Virus record (IMG/VR): IMGVR_UViG_3300045999_008996
Location: 158,564 to 222,563 of that record
Length of the DNA: 64,000 nt
Reading direction: 5' to 3' (one strand)
The position numbers and the translations under genes were made by a program. The notes under the pieces were generated by a model, which had not been told where the DNA came from, searched no databases, and was given only the letters and a program-made list of their open reading frames with translations. Shown in pieces: positions 25,738 to 34,349 of the stretch. Position 1 is the first letter of the stretch, and the number at the start of each line of letters is the position of its first letter.

Positions 25738-25826
25738 CGGAAGTGGTTGGATTCGAACCAACGGATGCCTATAAAGACATCGGCGGATTAGCAATCCACT
25801 GCATTAGACCTCTCTGCCACACTTCC
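25738..25826 (-). tRNA. tRNA-Ser (GCT)
   Basis: Type II; loop TTGCTAA. Confidence 0.9.
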
Positions 25827-25828
25827 AA

Positions 25829-25902
25829 TAGGAATGGTGAGATTCGAACTCACGACCACACGATTATCAGTCGTGTACTCTAACCAACTGAGCTACATTC
25901 CT
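25829..25902 (-). tRNA. tRNA-Ile (GAT)
   Basis: Loop CTGATAA. Confidence 0.9.
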
Positions 25903-25903
25903 G

Positions 25904-25978
25904 TGGTATTCCTAACGGGATTCGAACCCGTGCTGCCACCTTGAAAGGGTGGTGACCTAACCGCTAGTCGATAGGAAC
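25904..25978 (-). tRNA. tRNA-Glu (TTC), CCA encoded
   Basis: Loop CTTTCAA. Confidence 0.9.
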
Positions 25979-25982
25979 TTAA

Positions 25983-26025
25983 TGCTGACGGCATTCTGGA
26001 TTATCAGCTCCAGCGCAAATCAGCA
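25983..26025 (-). ncRNA. 43-nt armless tRNA-like hairpin with GCUGAUAA loop
   Basis: TGCTGAT/GTCAGCA outer stem, CTGGA/TCCAG inner stem. Confidence 0.45.
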
Positions 26026-26026
26026 A

Positions 26027-26098
26027 CGACTCTAACGGGATTTGAACCCGTGATACTACCGTGACAGGGTAGCGTGATAACCGCTTCACTATAGAGTC
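26027..26098 (-). tRNA. tRNA-Asp (GTC)
   Basis: Loop CTGTCAC. Confidence 0.9.
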
Positions 26099-26102
26099 AA
26101 GG

Positions 26103-26184
26103 TGGGAGGAGCAGGATTCGAACCTGCGAAGGTAGAACCGTCTGATTTACAGTCAGATTCCTTTAGCCACTCGGAAATCCTCCC
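26103..26184 (-). tRNA. tRNA-Tyr (GTA)
   Basis: Loop CTGTAAA; variable arm. Confidence 0.9.
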
Positions 26185-26187
26185 AGA

Positions 26188-26260
26188 TGGGTATGGTCGG
26201 GTTCGAACCGACGACTTACAGGTTAAAAGCCCGCTACTCTACCAACTGAGTTACATACCC
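26188..26260 (-). tRNA. tRNA-Lys (TTT)
   Basis: Loop CTTTTAA. Confidence 0.9.
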
Positions 26261-26312
26261 TTAGAATTAAATTGTCAAGGTTCGGGGTGTGGTCTCTCTC
26301 GACCACTTGATT

Positions 26313-26366
26313 AGAATACCACCTTTTGGACTCTGGGGGGAGATTGGTGGACACTTAGGAAACTGG
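26313..26366 (-). promoter_or_regulatory. Phage promoter motif, copy 1 (upstream of the tRNA array)
   Basis: CCAGTT-N4-AAGTGTCCAC-N28-TATTCT. Confidence 0.55.
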
Positions 26367-26376
26367 TCCAAGCAAC

Positions 26377-26410
26377 AAAAAAGGGGAGGAAACTTTTGGT
26401 TTCTCTCCCC
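26377..26410 (-). terminator. Intrinsic terminator
   Basis: GGGGAG-AGAAAC...GTTTC-CTCCCC-TTTTTT. Confidence 0.75.
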
Positions 26411-26435
26411 TCTATTTGCTTTTATGGATTGCATA

Positions 26436-26552
26436 TTACATATGTCTTTCCATTTCAGCAAACAGGGGATTACCCTCAATATGCCAATCACGGCAATCGA
26501 GAGTACTAATCTGTTTGGTGGTGATTTGGAAAGACATTGTTTTCGACCTAAG
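26436..26552 (-). ncRNA. Late-promoter fold-back RNA containing a 33-codon ORF (26436-26537)
   Basis: TATAAATA 26559-26566; ATGTCTTTCCA/TGGAAAGACAT and CAAACAG/CTGTTTG stems; terminator downstream. Confidence 0.55.
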
Positions 26553-26589
26553 TGTTTTTATTTATAAGACTTTTATTTAAAAAGTCTAA

Positions 26590-26663
26590 CGGGTTAGGAG
26601 GGACTCGAACCCCCGACCAATTCATTAGAAGTGAATTGCTCTATCCATCTGAGCTACTAACCC
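26590..26663 (-). tRNA. tRNA-Arg (TCT)
   Basis: Loop CTTCTAA. Confidence 0.9.
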
Positions 26664-26665
26664 AA

Positions 26666-26747
26666 GAGACCTCTCTGTTTGTGCTTCTATGAGAGGCATG
26701 AGAGGGGTGAGACTTATATGAGGTTTGGACCCTCACTGCTCATATGA
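26666..26747 (-). ncRNA. Pseudoknotted leader RNA 5' of tRNA-Arg
   Basis: ATATGAG/CTCATAT with GTGAG/CTCAC; CCTCTC/GAGAGG; TTGACA-17-TACAAT at 26750-26778. Confidence 0.45.
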
Positions 26748-26755
26748 TTATTGTA

Positions 26756-27166
26756 CTACTCCTTTTTACAGGTGTCAAGCCATGGTGAACAGAGTCTCAT
26801 TTCTCCTCCAAGTTTCTTACACTCTTCAGTATAACACTTAGAAGTATCTAGAGGCCTCTCTATCAACCTCGACAAAGGTATTCTACTGTTGTTCGAAGCC
26901 CCTGTCAAGCGTTCATACTCACGAATAGCCTTATCAACATCCCTCTCAACTCTCCTACCCACCACAGCAGGGTCCTGGAGCAGCACGTCGTTGATTACGG
27001 TGCCTGGGAACAGAGTCCTCTGAACCTCGTCTAAGAGGTCCCAGAGGCGCTCCTGGGGCGCTCCAGTGCATTGGGAGAGGGTCGCTACGATACCGCTGAG
27101 TATGGCGCTTATAAGGATTATCTGCTTCTTGTTCGGTCTCTTCTTTCCGAAGTTAAAATTGAACAT
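26756..27166 (-). CDS. Hypothetical membrane-anchored protein
   Basis: N-terminal TM followed by SQC; Cys-rich C-terminus. Confidence 0.7.
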   Translation of the reverse strand: MFNFNFGKKRPNKKQIILISAILSGIVATLSQCTGAPQERLWDLLDEVQRTLFPGTVINDVLLQDPAVVGRRVERDVDKAIREYERLTGASNNSRIPLSRLIERPLDTSKCYTEECKKLGGEMRLCSPWLDTCKKE

Positions 27167-27221
27167 AAAAAAAGAGGAGTAGCAACCGCTCTCCTCTATT
27201 TAGTATTAAACTTTTAGATCA

Positions 27222-27584
27222 TTATACCCGCGAGTAACAAATCCTAGCAACACCTTGACTGGGTGAAGCAATAGTAGAGAATGCACCGTAAGACAAGTCA
27301 AGGTCTCTACCCGCGATATAAGGACCGCGATCATTAACACGTACAATTACCGATTTACCATTGGATTGATTTGTAACTCTCAGCCTTGTTCCAAATGGCA
27401 ACCATTTATGTGCTACAGAATTAGAATAAGCATTGTATCTTTCGCCATTGGCAGTTGTCTGCCCGTGATATCCATCACCAACTCCATAATGTGATGCGAG
27501 GGAACATCCGCTCGCTGCCTTTGCTTGTAGGGGTGCTAATCCTGCAGTGACAATGGCAAAAATTGAAAGTGTTTTAAAAAGCAT
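27222..27584 (-). CDS. rlpA: RlpA-like double-psi beta-barrel lytic transglycosylase
   Basis: TANGERYN, AHKWLPFGT, VRVNDRGPY, DLS; signal peptide. Confidence 0.88.
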   Translation of the reverse strand: MLFKTLSIFAIVTAGLAPLQAKAASGCSLASHYGVGDGYHGQTTANGERYNAYSNSVAHKWLPFGTRLRVTNQSNGKSVIVRVNDRGPYIAGRDLDLSYGAFSTIASPSQGVARICYSRV

Positions 27585-27593
27585 TAAATTTAA

Positions 27594-27660
27594 CAGAACT
27601 CTACATCCGTATAGAAAGGGGGTACACCCTTTTCTCAAAGGGCACTTTCCACGGCTCTAA
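27594..27660 (-). promoter_or_regulatory. Structured 5' leader of rlpA
   Basis: CCGT/ACGG, GGAAAG/CTTTCT, CCCTTT-GAGA-AAAGGG (GNRA tetraloop). Confidence 0.45.
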
Positions 27661-27751
27661 ATCAAAATCAAAGTCTCATAATAAAAAACCCTGCTCATAA
27701 CAGGGATTTTTACATAATAAGTTAATATTTAGAATTTGTCAAGAGTTTGGT

Positions 27752-27970
27752 TTACCGAACATCAACTTCTTGTTCATCAGTCCAGTCTTCATCTTCCAAA
27801 CAAAGATAATCCAATTCTTGAGTTCCTTCTGGAATATTAATCCACTCATCAAACTCTGCAAGAAGTGCCTGAGCATTCTTATGACGGTCTGCTTCGTGAA
27901 GGAGTTCAATTTTGTTAATTGCCCATTCACGAACAAACGCTACAGGTTCGCTTTCAATCTGAGTTTCCAT
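27752..27970 (-). CDS. Hypothetical acidic protein
   Basis: METQIESEPVAFVREWA... Confidence 0.65.
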   Translation of the reverse strand: METQIESEPVAFVREWAINKIELLHEADRHKNAQALLAEFDEWINIPEGTQELDYLCLEDEDWTDEQEVDVR

Positions 27971-28397
27971 AGTAATCTTTTCGGAAGTACCTGTTGAGGA
28001 TGTTGCTATTGTAGTAGGCAGGTGTTCCGTTGTCAAGTGATTCTGTGAGGACATTGTGTGCGAAGAGTTGTCGGGTTTCTTCGAAGTTAGTTTTGCCCTT
28101 TGTTTTATGTAATGATAAAATAGTGCGCGTAAAATTCTCCCTACCATACTTTTTTATGTCCTCCTTGAGTTCTGGGCATGATCCATAGTAATTCTTCCAG
28201 TCAGATTCTGCCTTAACTTTTCGAGACTTTCCTCTCGGAGTGCGGAAACTCCAGAAATATTTTCTACCAATATAGTCGCGATTAGTTGTGTTGCAATGAA
28301 TATGATATACAAAACCATAATAATCCAGAATATCACTTGAACCAAATTCTTTTCCATTGTAGGTCCAAGGATTTTCATAGTCAATATCTGTACTCAT
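27954..28397 (-). CDS. GIY-YIG family nuclease (short, nrdB-adjacent)
   Basis: GFVY...YIGRK, YYGS, YYNSNI. Confidence 0.75.
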   Translation of the reverse strand: MSTDIDYENPWTYNGKEFGSSDILDYYGFVYHIHCNTTNRDYIGRKYFWSFRTPRGKSRKVKAESDWKNYYGSCPELKEDIKKYGRENFTRTILSLHKTKGKTNFEETRQLFAHNVLTESLDNGTPAYYNSNILNRYFRKDYYGNSD

Positions 28398-28542
28398 CAA
28401 TAATATCAAGAACTTCGTTCAGATATTTATGAGCGAGTCCTTTCATATCCATTTCTGGTCTAATATGATCTTTGTGCAATTTATCTTTTAATTTTAAAAC
28501 ACGAACTTTAATTTCATCTTTAGTCAGTTGATTTTTGGACAT
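28381..28542 (-). CDS. 53-aa hypothetical protein
   Basis: MSKNQLTKDEIKVRVLKLK...; manual translation. Confidence 0.55.
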   Translation of the reverse strand: MSKNQLTKDEIKVRVLKLKDKLHKDHIRPEMDMKGLAHKYLNEVLDIIDEYRY

Positions 28543-28572
28543 AAAAAAGAGGAGTGTGACCTCCTCTATCTA

Positions 28573-28719
28573 TCAGATATCATTTAACCATTCTTTGCAA
28601 TAGTCATAATCACCAAACATAAACTCATCACATTCTGCTGCTTCTCGGTATGCGTTTAGGATTTCCTGTTCGCACCATTCATCATAATTGGAATCCTGCG
28701 AAAGTATTTTTGGTAACAT
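28573..28719 (-). CDS. 48-aa acidic protein overlapping the nrdB 3' end
   Basis: MLPKILSQDSNYDEWCEQEILNAYREAAECDEFMFGDYDYCKEWLNDI. Confidence 0.5.
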   Translation of the reverse strand: MLPKILSQDSNYDEWCEQEILNAYREAAECDEFMFGDYDYCKEWLNDI

Positions 28720-29872
28720 CTTGTTTGATTCCCCCAACTACATAACTTTCGACTTCCGTTTCTTGTGGGGCTACTTGGAGACCTTTAGAGGAAATCCAGT
28801 GTTGAGTCCATGGAAGAGGATTATTGTTTGCTGAAATATCGTATTGTGGTTTAAGACCGATTGCTTTTAATCTACGATTTGCAATCCATTCAACATACTG
28901 CTGAAGAAGTTTATCATTTAGCCCAATCATGCTTCCATCTTTGAACAGATAATCTGCCCATTTCTTTTCTTCATTTACTGCACGATCAAACATCTTATAG
29001 ACCCATTCTTCCTCTTCTTTAGCAATCTGCTTCATTTCAGGATCATCACCTTCCCTCCATTTATTCAGAATATTCTGAGTAAGTGCTAGGTGCTGGTTTT
29101 CGTCTCTTGCAATGAGACTAATGATTTTAGCGGATCCTTCCATAAGCTTAAGTTCACCAAAGGCGAAACTACAAGCAAAACTAACGTAAAAGCGAATACC
29201 TTCAAGAATATTAACGTTTGCGACTGCTCTGTACAGTTTTCGTTTAACGTCATTAATTGATTCCTTTGCGTATGATACTCCTTCAAGATTGTGCATCCAG
29301 GCATCGGATACACCATATTGTTGTGCGGATTGAATGAAGTCATCATAAGACTCTGTAACGCTCTTAGCACGTTCCAGAATACGCTCATCTCCAATGATAG
29401 TATCAAAGACCTCAGAAGGGTCTGGATAAATGTTTTTAATGATGTAAGTGTAAGAGCGTGAGTGAATCATTTCCATAAATCCCCACACTTCCATACACGC
29501 TTCCAATTCAGGAAGTGAGCAGTATGGAATAAATGCCATTCCAGGTCCACGCCCCTGAACAGAATCGAGCATAATCTGATACTTCAGATTAGAAGTGTAG
29601 ATATGCTTCTGCTCAGGGCGTAAAGTTTGATAATCTCCACGATCCTTCTGGAGAGACACCTCTTCGGGTCTCCAGAAGTATCCTAATTGTTGAGTAGTCA
29701 GTTTATCGAAGATTGGATATTTGTATGAATCATATCTCTGAACTCCAAGAGGTTTTCCAAAAAACATAGGTTGTTTCTTGGTATCAACCTTTTCAGTATT
29801 AAAAACGGTCATTCCTTTAATATTTGTCTGTGGTTCTTCGGTTGAAGAAATTTTAAACTGCACAGGATTCAC
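28682..29872 (-). CDS. nrdB: Ribonucleotide reductase class Ia beta subunit
   Basis: FWRPEEV, EMIHSRSY, ILEGIRFY, RDENQH. Confidence 0.97.
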   Translation of the reverse strand: MNPVQFKISSTEEPQTNIKGMTVFNTEKVDTKKQPMFFGKPLGVQRYDSYKYPIFDKLTTQQLGYFWRPEEVSLQKDRGDYQTLRPEQKHIYTSNLKYQIMLDSVQGRGPGMAFIPYCSLPELEACMEVWGFMEMIHSRSYTYIIKNIYPDPSEVFDTIIGDERILERAKSVTESYDDFIQSAQQYGVSDAWMHNLEGVSYAKESINDVKRKLYRAVANVNILEGIRFYVSFACSFAFGELKLMEGSAKIISLIARDENQHLALTQNILNKWREGDDPEMKQIAKEEEEWVYKMFDRAVNEEKKWADYLFKDGSMIGLNDKLLQQYVEWIANRRLKAIGLKPQYDISANNNPLPWTQHWISSKGLQVAPQETEVESYVVGGIKQDVTKNTFAGFQL

Positions 29873-32150
29873 ACTCTCCCTCCTCTACTGAACTTAACTC
29901 ACTTAGCAAATCTTGAAGATTGGGTTTTTCTTCTACTACCTCATCAGTCTTAATATCATAAGTGTTTTGGTAATAAGAAGTCTTCCACCCGTACTTGTAT
30001 GTAGTCAAAAAGTCATTTGCCATCACCGACACAGGAACTTCATTATCTTGGTAATTTTCTGGATTATAGGACCAGTTTCCAGAAATTGCTTGATCAAAGA
30101 ATTTTTGCATCACAGCAACAACATTAATATAACCATTGTTACTAGGCATATCCCAAAGAAGCGTATAATTGTTCTTGAGAGAATGGTACTGAGGAACAAT
30201 CTGCTTAAGAGGTCCTTTCTTTGATTTTTTAATGGACAAGAATCCGCGAGGAGGTTCGATTCCGTTAGTGGCGTTTGACACAACGGAACTGCTCTCCGAT
30301 GGCATCTGTGCGGACAGTGTTGAGTGCCGGAGACCGTGCTCCAGGATGGATGCTCTAAGTTCTTCCCAATCATGCTGATAAGAAATGGATGAAATTTCGT
30401 CTACATCTTTTTTATAAGTATCTATTGGAAGAATGCCATCTGCATACTTAGTGCGCCCAAAATATTCACAATATCCCTTTTCTTTAGCAAGTTGATTGGA
30501 TGCCTTGAGAAGATAATATTGAAATGATTCAGAAAGTCCATGAACAGCATCCCATGCCTCTTGAGAGTCATAGTTAAACCCAAGTTTTGCCAAATAGTGG
30601 GCAAGTCCAATATAACCAATACCAAGGGAACGACGTGCCTTGGTGGCGATTTCTGCTGCCGCTACGGGATACTTTTGATAGTCAATCAACTCATCAAGTC
30701 CGCGAACTGAAAGGTCACAAAGTTCTTCAAGTTCTTCATCAGACTTTACCTTTCCAACATTAATAGCAGAGAGAATACACAACGCAATCTCACCACTCGT
30801 GTCATCAATATGCTGAATAGGATAAGTTGGTAGAGTGATTTCCTGACAAAGGTTACTCATCTCAACCTTATCTTTAAAAGATGAGTGTGAGTTACAGTGG
30901 TCAATATTCATAATATAGATGCGACCCGTTTCCGCACGTTCCTTGAGAAGGTTAAGAATGAGTTCTTGTGCTTTAATAGTTTTTTTCGGAATATCAGGAT
31001 TGTTTTCATAACCAATATAGAGAGAGTCAAACTCAATTGTTCCGAAAGAATCATAAAGTCCAGGGACATCATGCGGAGAGAAAAGCGTGATCTCATCATC
31101 TTGAATGAACCTTTCATAGAAGATTTTGCTGATTTGAATGCTATAATCAAGTTTTCGAACACGATTGTCCTCCGTACCCTTATTGTTTTTAAGAACAAGA
31201 ATATCTTCTATTTCTTGGTGCCAGATGGGGAAGTGGACTGTCGCGGATCCACCTCGTATGCCATTTTGCGTGCAACATCTGACAGTTGCTTCAAACTTCT
31301 TGAGAAATGGTACAACACCCGTGTGTTGAACTTCTCCACCTCTGATTTTGCTGTTGATGCCACGGATTCGACCAGCGTTGATGCCGATTCCCGCCCTCTG
31401 TGCAACGTATCGACCAATAGCCATATCAGAGCTAAAGATAGAATCGAGGGTGTCATCAACATCAACAAGAACACAACTAGCAAATTGTCTAAGTGGTGTT
31501 CGCACTCCTGCCATAATGGGAGTTGGGATGTTGATTTTGTGCTTTGAGATTGCGTCATAATACCTCTTGACATATGACATTCTAGTTTCTTTGGGGTACT
31601 CTGCGAAGATAGTCAGAGCAATCATCATATACATGAACTGTGGAGTTTCATATACTCCACCAGAACTACGATCTTGAACAAGATACTTATCAACTACCTG
31701 TCGAAGACCTGCATAGGTAAATAGAAAATCGCGATCATGATCAATAAATGAATTAGCACGTCCAATCTCTTCTTGAGAATACTTTGTGTAGATCTCATTA
31801 TCGTAAACTTCATCAGACACGCAATTAATAATATGCTGCTCAAGAGTAGGAAGTTCTTTCATTTTTCCATAAAGTTGTTTCCTTACTGCAAAAAGAAGAA
31901 GACGTGCAGCAACAAACTGATAGTTTGGATGATCCAAATCAATCAAATCACTAGCACTACGAATTAAAATTTCTTGAATTTCTGCCGTAGTAATACCATC
32001 ATAAAATTGAATACCAGACTTCATCTCAACTTGACTCGCAGATACTCCTGCAAGACCCCTACACGCTTCTTCAACCATTAAGTGCATCTTATCGAGATCA
32101 ATGCTCTCAATAGATCCATTCCTCTTTTGAACTTTTAGACCGTTGCTCAT
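29853..32150 (-). CDS. nrdA: Ribonucleotide reductase class Ia alpha subunit with ATP cone
   Basis: SNLCQEI, PTPIMAG, KTSYY, C-terminal CESC. Confidence 0.97.
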   Translation of the reverse strand: MSNGLKVQKRNGSIESIDLDKMHLMVEEACRGLAGVSASQVEMKSGIQFYDGITTAEIQEILIRSASDLIDLDHPNYQFVAARLLLFAVRKQLYGKMKELPTLEQHIINCVSDEVYDNEIYTKYSQEEIGRANSFIDHDRDFLFTYAGLRQVVDKYLVQDRSSGGVYETPQFMYMMIALTIFAEYPKETRMSYVKRYYDAISKHKINIPTPIMAGVRTPLRQFASCVLVDVDDTLDSIFSSDMAIGRYVAQRAGIGINAGRIRGINSKIRGGEVQHTGVVPFLKKFEATVRCCTQNGIRGGSATVHFPIWHQEIEDILVLKNNKGTEDNRVRKLDYSIQISKIFYERFIQDDEITLFSPHDVPGLYDSFGTIEFDSLYIGYENNPDIPKKTIKAQELILNLLKERAETGRIYIMNIDHCNSHSSFKDKVEMSNLCQEITLPTYPIQHIDDTSGEIALCILSAINVGKVKSDEELEELCDLSVRGLDELIDYQKYPVAAAEIATKARRSLGIGYIGLAHYLAKLGFNYDSQEAWDAVHGLSESFQYYLLKASNQLAKEKGYCEYFGRTKYADGILPIDTYKKDVDEISSISYQHDWEELRASILEHGLRHSTLSAQMPSESSSVVSNATNGIEPPRGFLSIKKSKKGPLKQIVPQYHSLKNNYTLLWDMPSNNGYINVVAVMQKFFDQAISGNWSYNPENYQDNEVPVSVMANDFLTTYKYGWKTSYYQNTYDIKTDEVVEEKPNLQDLLSELSSVEEGECESCAV

Positions 32151-33115
32151 ATTTTCTTCCAAGTAGTAAATTTAAGTTTTGCTTCTAATCCGGAGTAAGT
32201 ATTTAATTCTATCACATTTTGAATATCAAGTCCAGATAAAATCATATCGTTAATATCCTTTTCAGATATTGTAGAAGGCCAGATTACAACTTGTTCACCT
32301 TCATCAATACGCTTTGAGATTCGATTAACGATTTCTGCATTACGTGGTTCGTTATCATAAATCCAAACACGCCTGAAAATATTCCACTTATCAAGATCAC
32401 CATCAGCTCCACAAAGAGCAATCGCGTTGCGAATGAAAGTTGAGTCGAAGGGACCTTCCGTGATGTAGACAGTTTCAGTTTTTTGGACTTCATCAAGACC
32501 ATAGATTTTTGGTGCGTCATCATTAAGCATTACAGTGATGTATTTTACCTTGCTGGGACCAAGTGCTCTACCTTGAAATCCGACTAAAGTATTTTGATAA
32601 AACAAAGGAATAATAATCCTTGATTCATCTTTATCTGCACTGTCGAATGTTTGGTGAAGAGAGTTAGTCCACTCCTTAAATTTTTCGGCGTAATAATAGT
32701 TATCTGGATTTAATTTTCTACTTTCCAAATACTTTTTTGCATCAATATTTGCGGATGCTTTTGGTAGGTCTAACTTAGGTTTGAATTTTGGCGCTTCAAA
32801 ATGAAACTTTGGTTCTTCTACAGTAAAAGATTTTCCAGTGTGTCCTTCTTTAAACTTTTCAAACGTGTATTGTTTATAAACTACAGGATCTATTTGTTTT
32901 AAAAAATTATTGAAAGAAATATTTACGCCACAGTTATGGCACTTAAAATTTGTATTATTTTTTACTTGATACAAATATCCTCTTGCCTTGTTTTTATTTT
33001 TTTGAGAATCTCCACAAATCGGACAACGAAAATTATAAAGATTGTGTTTTACTTTCTTAAATTTTTGAAACCGCGTAGATATCAAATTGATGTACTTCAC
33101 ATCAACAAAATCCAT
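32147..33115 (-). CDS. gp61: DNA primase (gp61)
   Basis: CPICGDS...CHNC Zn finger; EGPFDS TOPRIM; KDINDM. Confidence 0.93.
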   Translation of the reverse strand: MDFVDVKYINLISTRFQKFKKVKHNLYNFRCPICGDSQKNKNKARGYLYQVKNNTNFKCHNCGVNISFNNFLKQIDPVVYKQYTFEKFKEGHTGKSFTVEEPKFHFEAPKFKPKLDLPKASANIDAKKYLESRKLNPDNYYYAEKFKEWTNSLHQTFDSADKDESRIIIPLFYQNTLVGFQGRALGPSKVKYITVMLNDDAPKIYGLDEVQKTETVYITEGPFDSTFIRNAIALCGADGDLDKWNIFRRVWIYDNEPRNAEIVNRISKRIDEGEQVVIWPSTISEKDINDMILSGLDIQNVIELNTYSGLEAKLKFTTWKKI

Positions 33116-33150
33116 AACCAATCTTTAATGGGTGACCTTATTCTACCAGA

Positions 33151-33258
33151 CTATCTGGTCTTGTCAAGACACAAAACAGTTATGAGACCTGTCCACTTTA
33201 TAACTGAATTTGTAATCTTTTGGAGTGAATAAATGTTTGTTTTATTTTTAGTTTTCAT
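33151..33258 (-). CDS. 35-aa peptide
   Basis: Manual translation; 3' end contains the primase -35 element. Confidence 0.4.
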   Translation of the reverse strand: MKTKNKTNIYSLQKITNSVIKWTGLITVLCLDKTR

Positions 33259-33280
33259 TGGCAATATCGCCAACACTTGA

Positions 33281-33691
33281 TTATTTAGTTTTAACTTGTA
33301 CTTGTTGAGAATCTGGCGTTAAAAGATCTACAACTACATGAGATTGTGATAATCCAAAGGATATTACAGCAAAAACTCCTATAATTATCCAACGAAATTT
33401 TACAACTTCTTCCAGTTTACTTTCTACTTTTTCTATTCTTTCTGTTACTGCATCGTGTTGATCTTTATTTTCTAATTTTAATTCTTCAATCAATCTACCA
33501 ATATAATCGTCTGCCTTATGGCACTGATCTATTTTTTCTTCATGAACGGCAAGCATTTTGCTGATATTCTGACTGGTCTTGCCCATAATCTGAATTGCTT
33601 CATCAATCTTTCTCATCATAATTTCATACGATGAAAGTCTTTCTTCTAAAACAGCAATTTTAGTATCTGCAGAAGTATTTGAATTAAACAT
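33281..33691 (-). CDS. Coiled-coil protein with C-terminal TM
   Basis: Heptad pattern; WIIIGVFAVISFGL. Confidence 0.7.
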   Translation of the reverse strand: MFNSNTSADTKIAVLEERLSSYEIMMRKIDEAIQIMGKTSQNISKMLAVHEEKIDQCHKADDYIGRLIEELKLENKDQHDAVTERIEKVESKLEEVVKFRWIIIGVFAVISFGLSQSHVVVDLLTPDSQQVQVKTK

Positions 33692-33756
33692 CTCTTTTCG
33701 TGAGTTATTATTTCTTATACTACCGAAACAAATAACTCAAGTAGTTTTATTATTAT

Positions 33757-33969
33757 TTATTTCATCCACCTTTTACGAGAACCAGGTGGAAGTTTGATTT
33801 GTGGACCTCTTCTTCTTTCAAATCTCATCACAGGACTAAACCCAGCAGGACCTTCTTTTCCCGTTGGATCAGTTTCACTTCCAACACCTCCTCCCTTACC
33901 AGGAAGATTTGCGGTCATCATTTCTTCTCTAATTATAGAGATAATCCAATCAAGTTTCTTCTTTTCCAT
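33757..33969 (-). CDS. Hypothetical protein
   Basis: ORF track. Confidence 0.6.
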   Translation of the reverse strand: MEKKKLDWIISIIREEMMTANLPGKGGGVGSETDPTGKEGPAGFSPVMRFERRRGPQIKLPPGSRKRWMK

Positions 33970-34342
33970 TATAGATTTTGTTGAGTTCTGCTAAACAATA
34001 AAGATCAACTTGAATATCATGAATACCGGATTTTGGATATTCAGGTAGTCTATTTAAAAAAATAATAAAAGATTTTAAAGAAGACCACAGATCCTTTTCA
34101 ATTTTAAAAAAAAGCATTGGAGTTGTTGCCTCACCAAAAATATTATAAAGAATGATAAAGTGATTTAAGAGAAGATGAGTTTTAAGTTCACCTTCTCTTT
34201 TATATCTTTTCAACAACCTCTTAATATACTTAAAGTGATTTAAGTCTTTTTCAAAGTCCTCTTTAGTAACTGCTTGAGGATTTTCATAATTTTTAATAGC
34301 AAAGAGAAGAAAATTATCTTCATTCAATTCATTAAAAATCAT
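33950..34342 (-). CDS. Conserved T4-like phage hypothetical protein
   Basis: NFLLFAIKNYENP...KYIKRLL...LNH. Confidence 0.75.
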   Translation of the reverse strand: MIFNELNEDNFLLFAIKNYENPQAVTKEDFEKDLNHFKYIKRLLKRYKREGELKTHLLLNHFIILYNIFGEATTPMLFFKIEKDLWSSLKSFIIFLNRLPEYPKSGIHDIQVDLYCLAELNKIYNGKEET

Positions 34343-34349
34343 ATATCAA

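Noticed and set aside
26102-26567. ORFs 26102..26314, 26267..26491 and 26289..26567
   Set aside because: They overlap tRNAs, a promoter and a terminator; no coding signal
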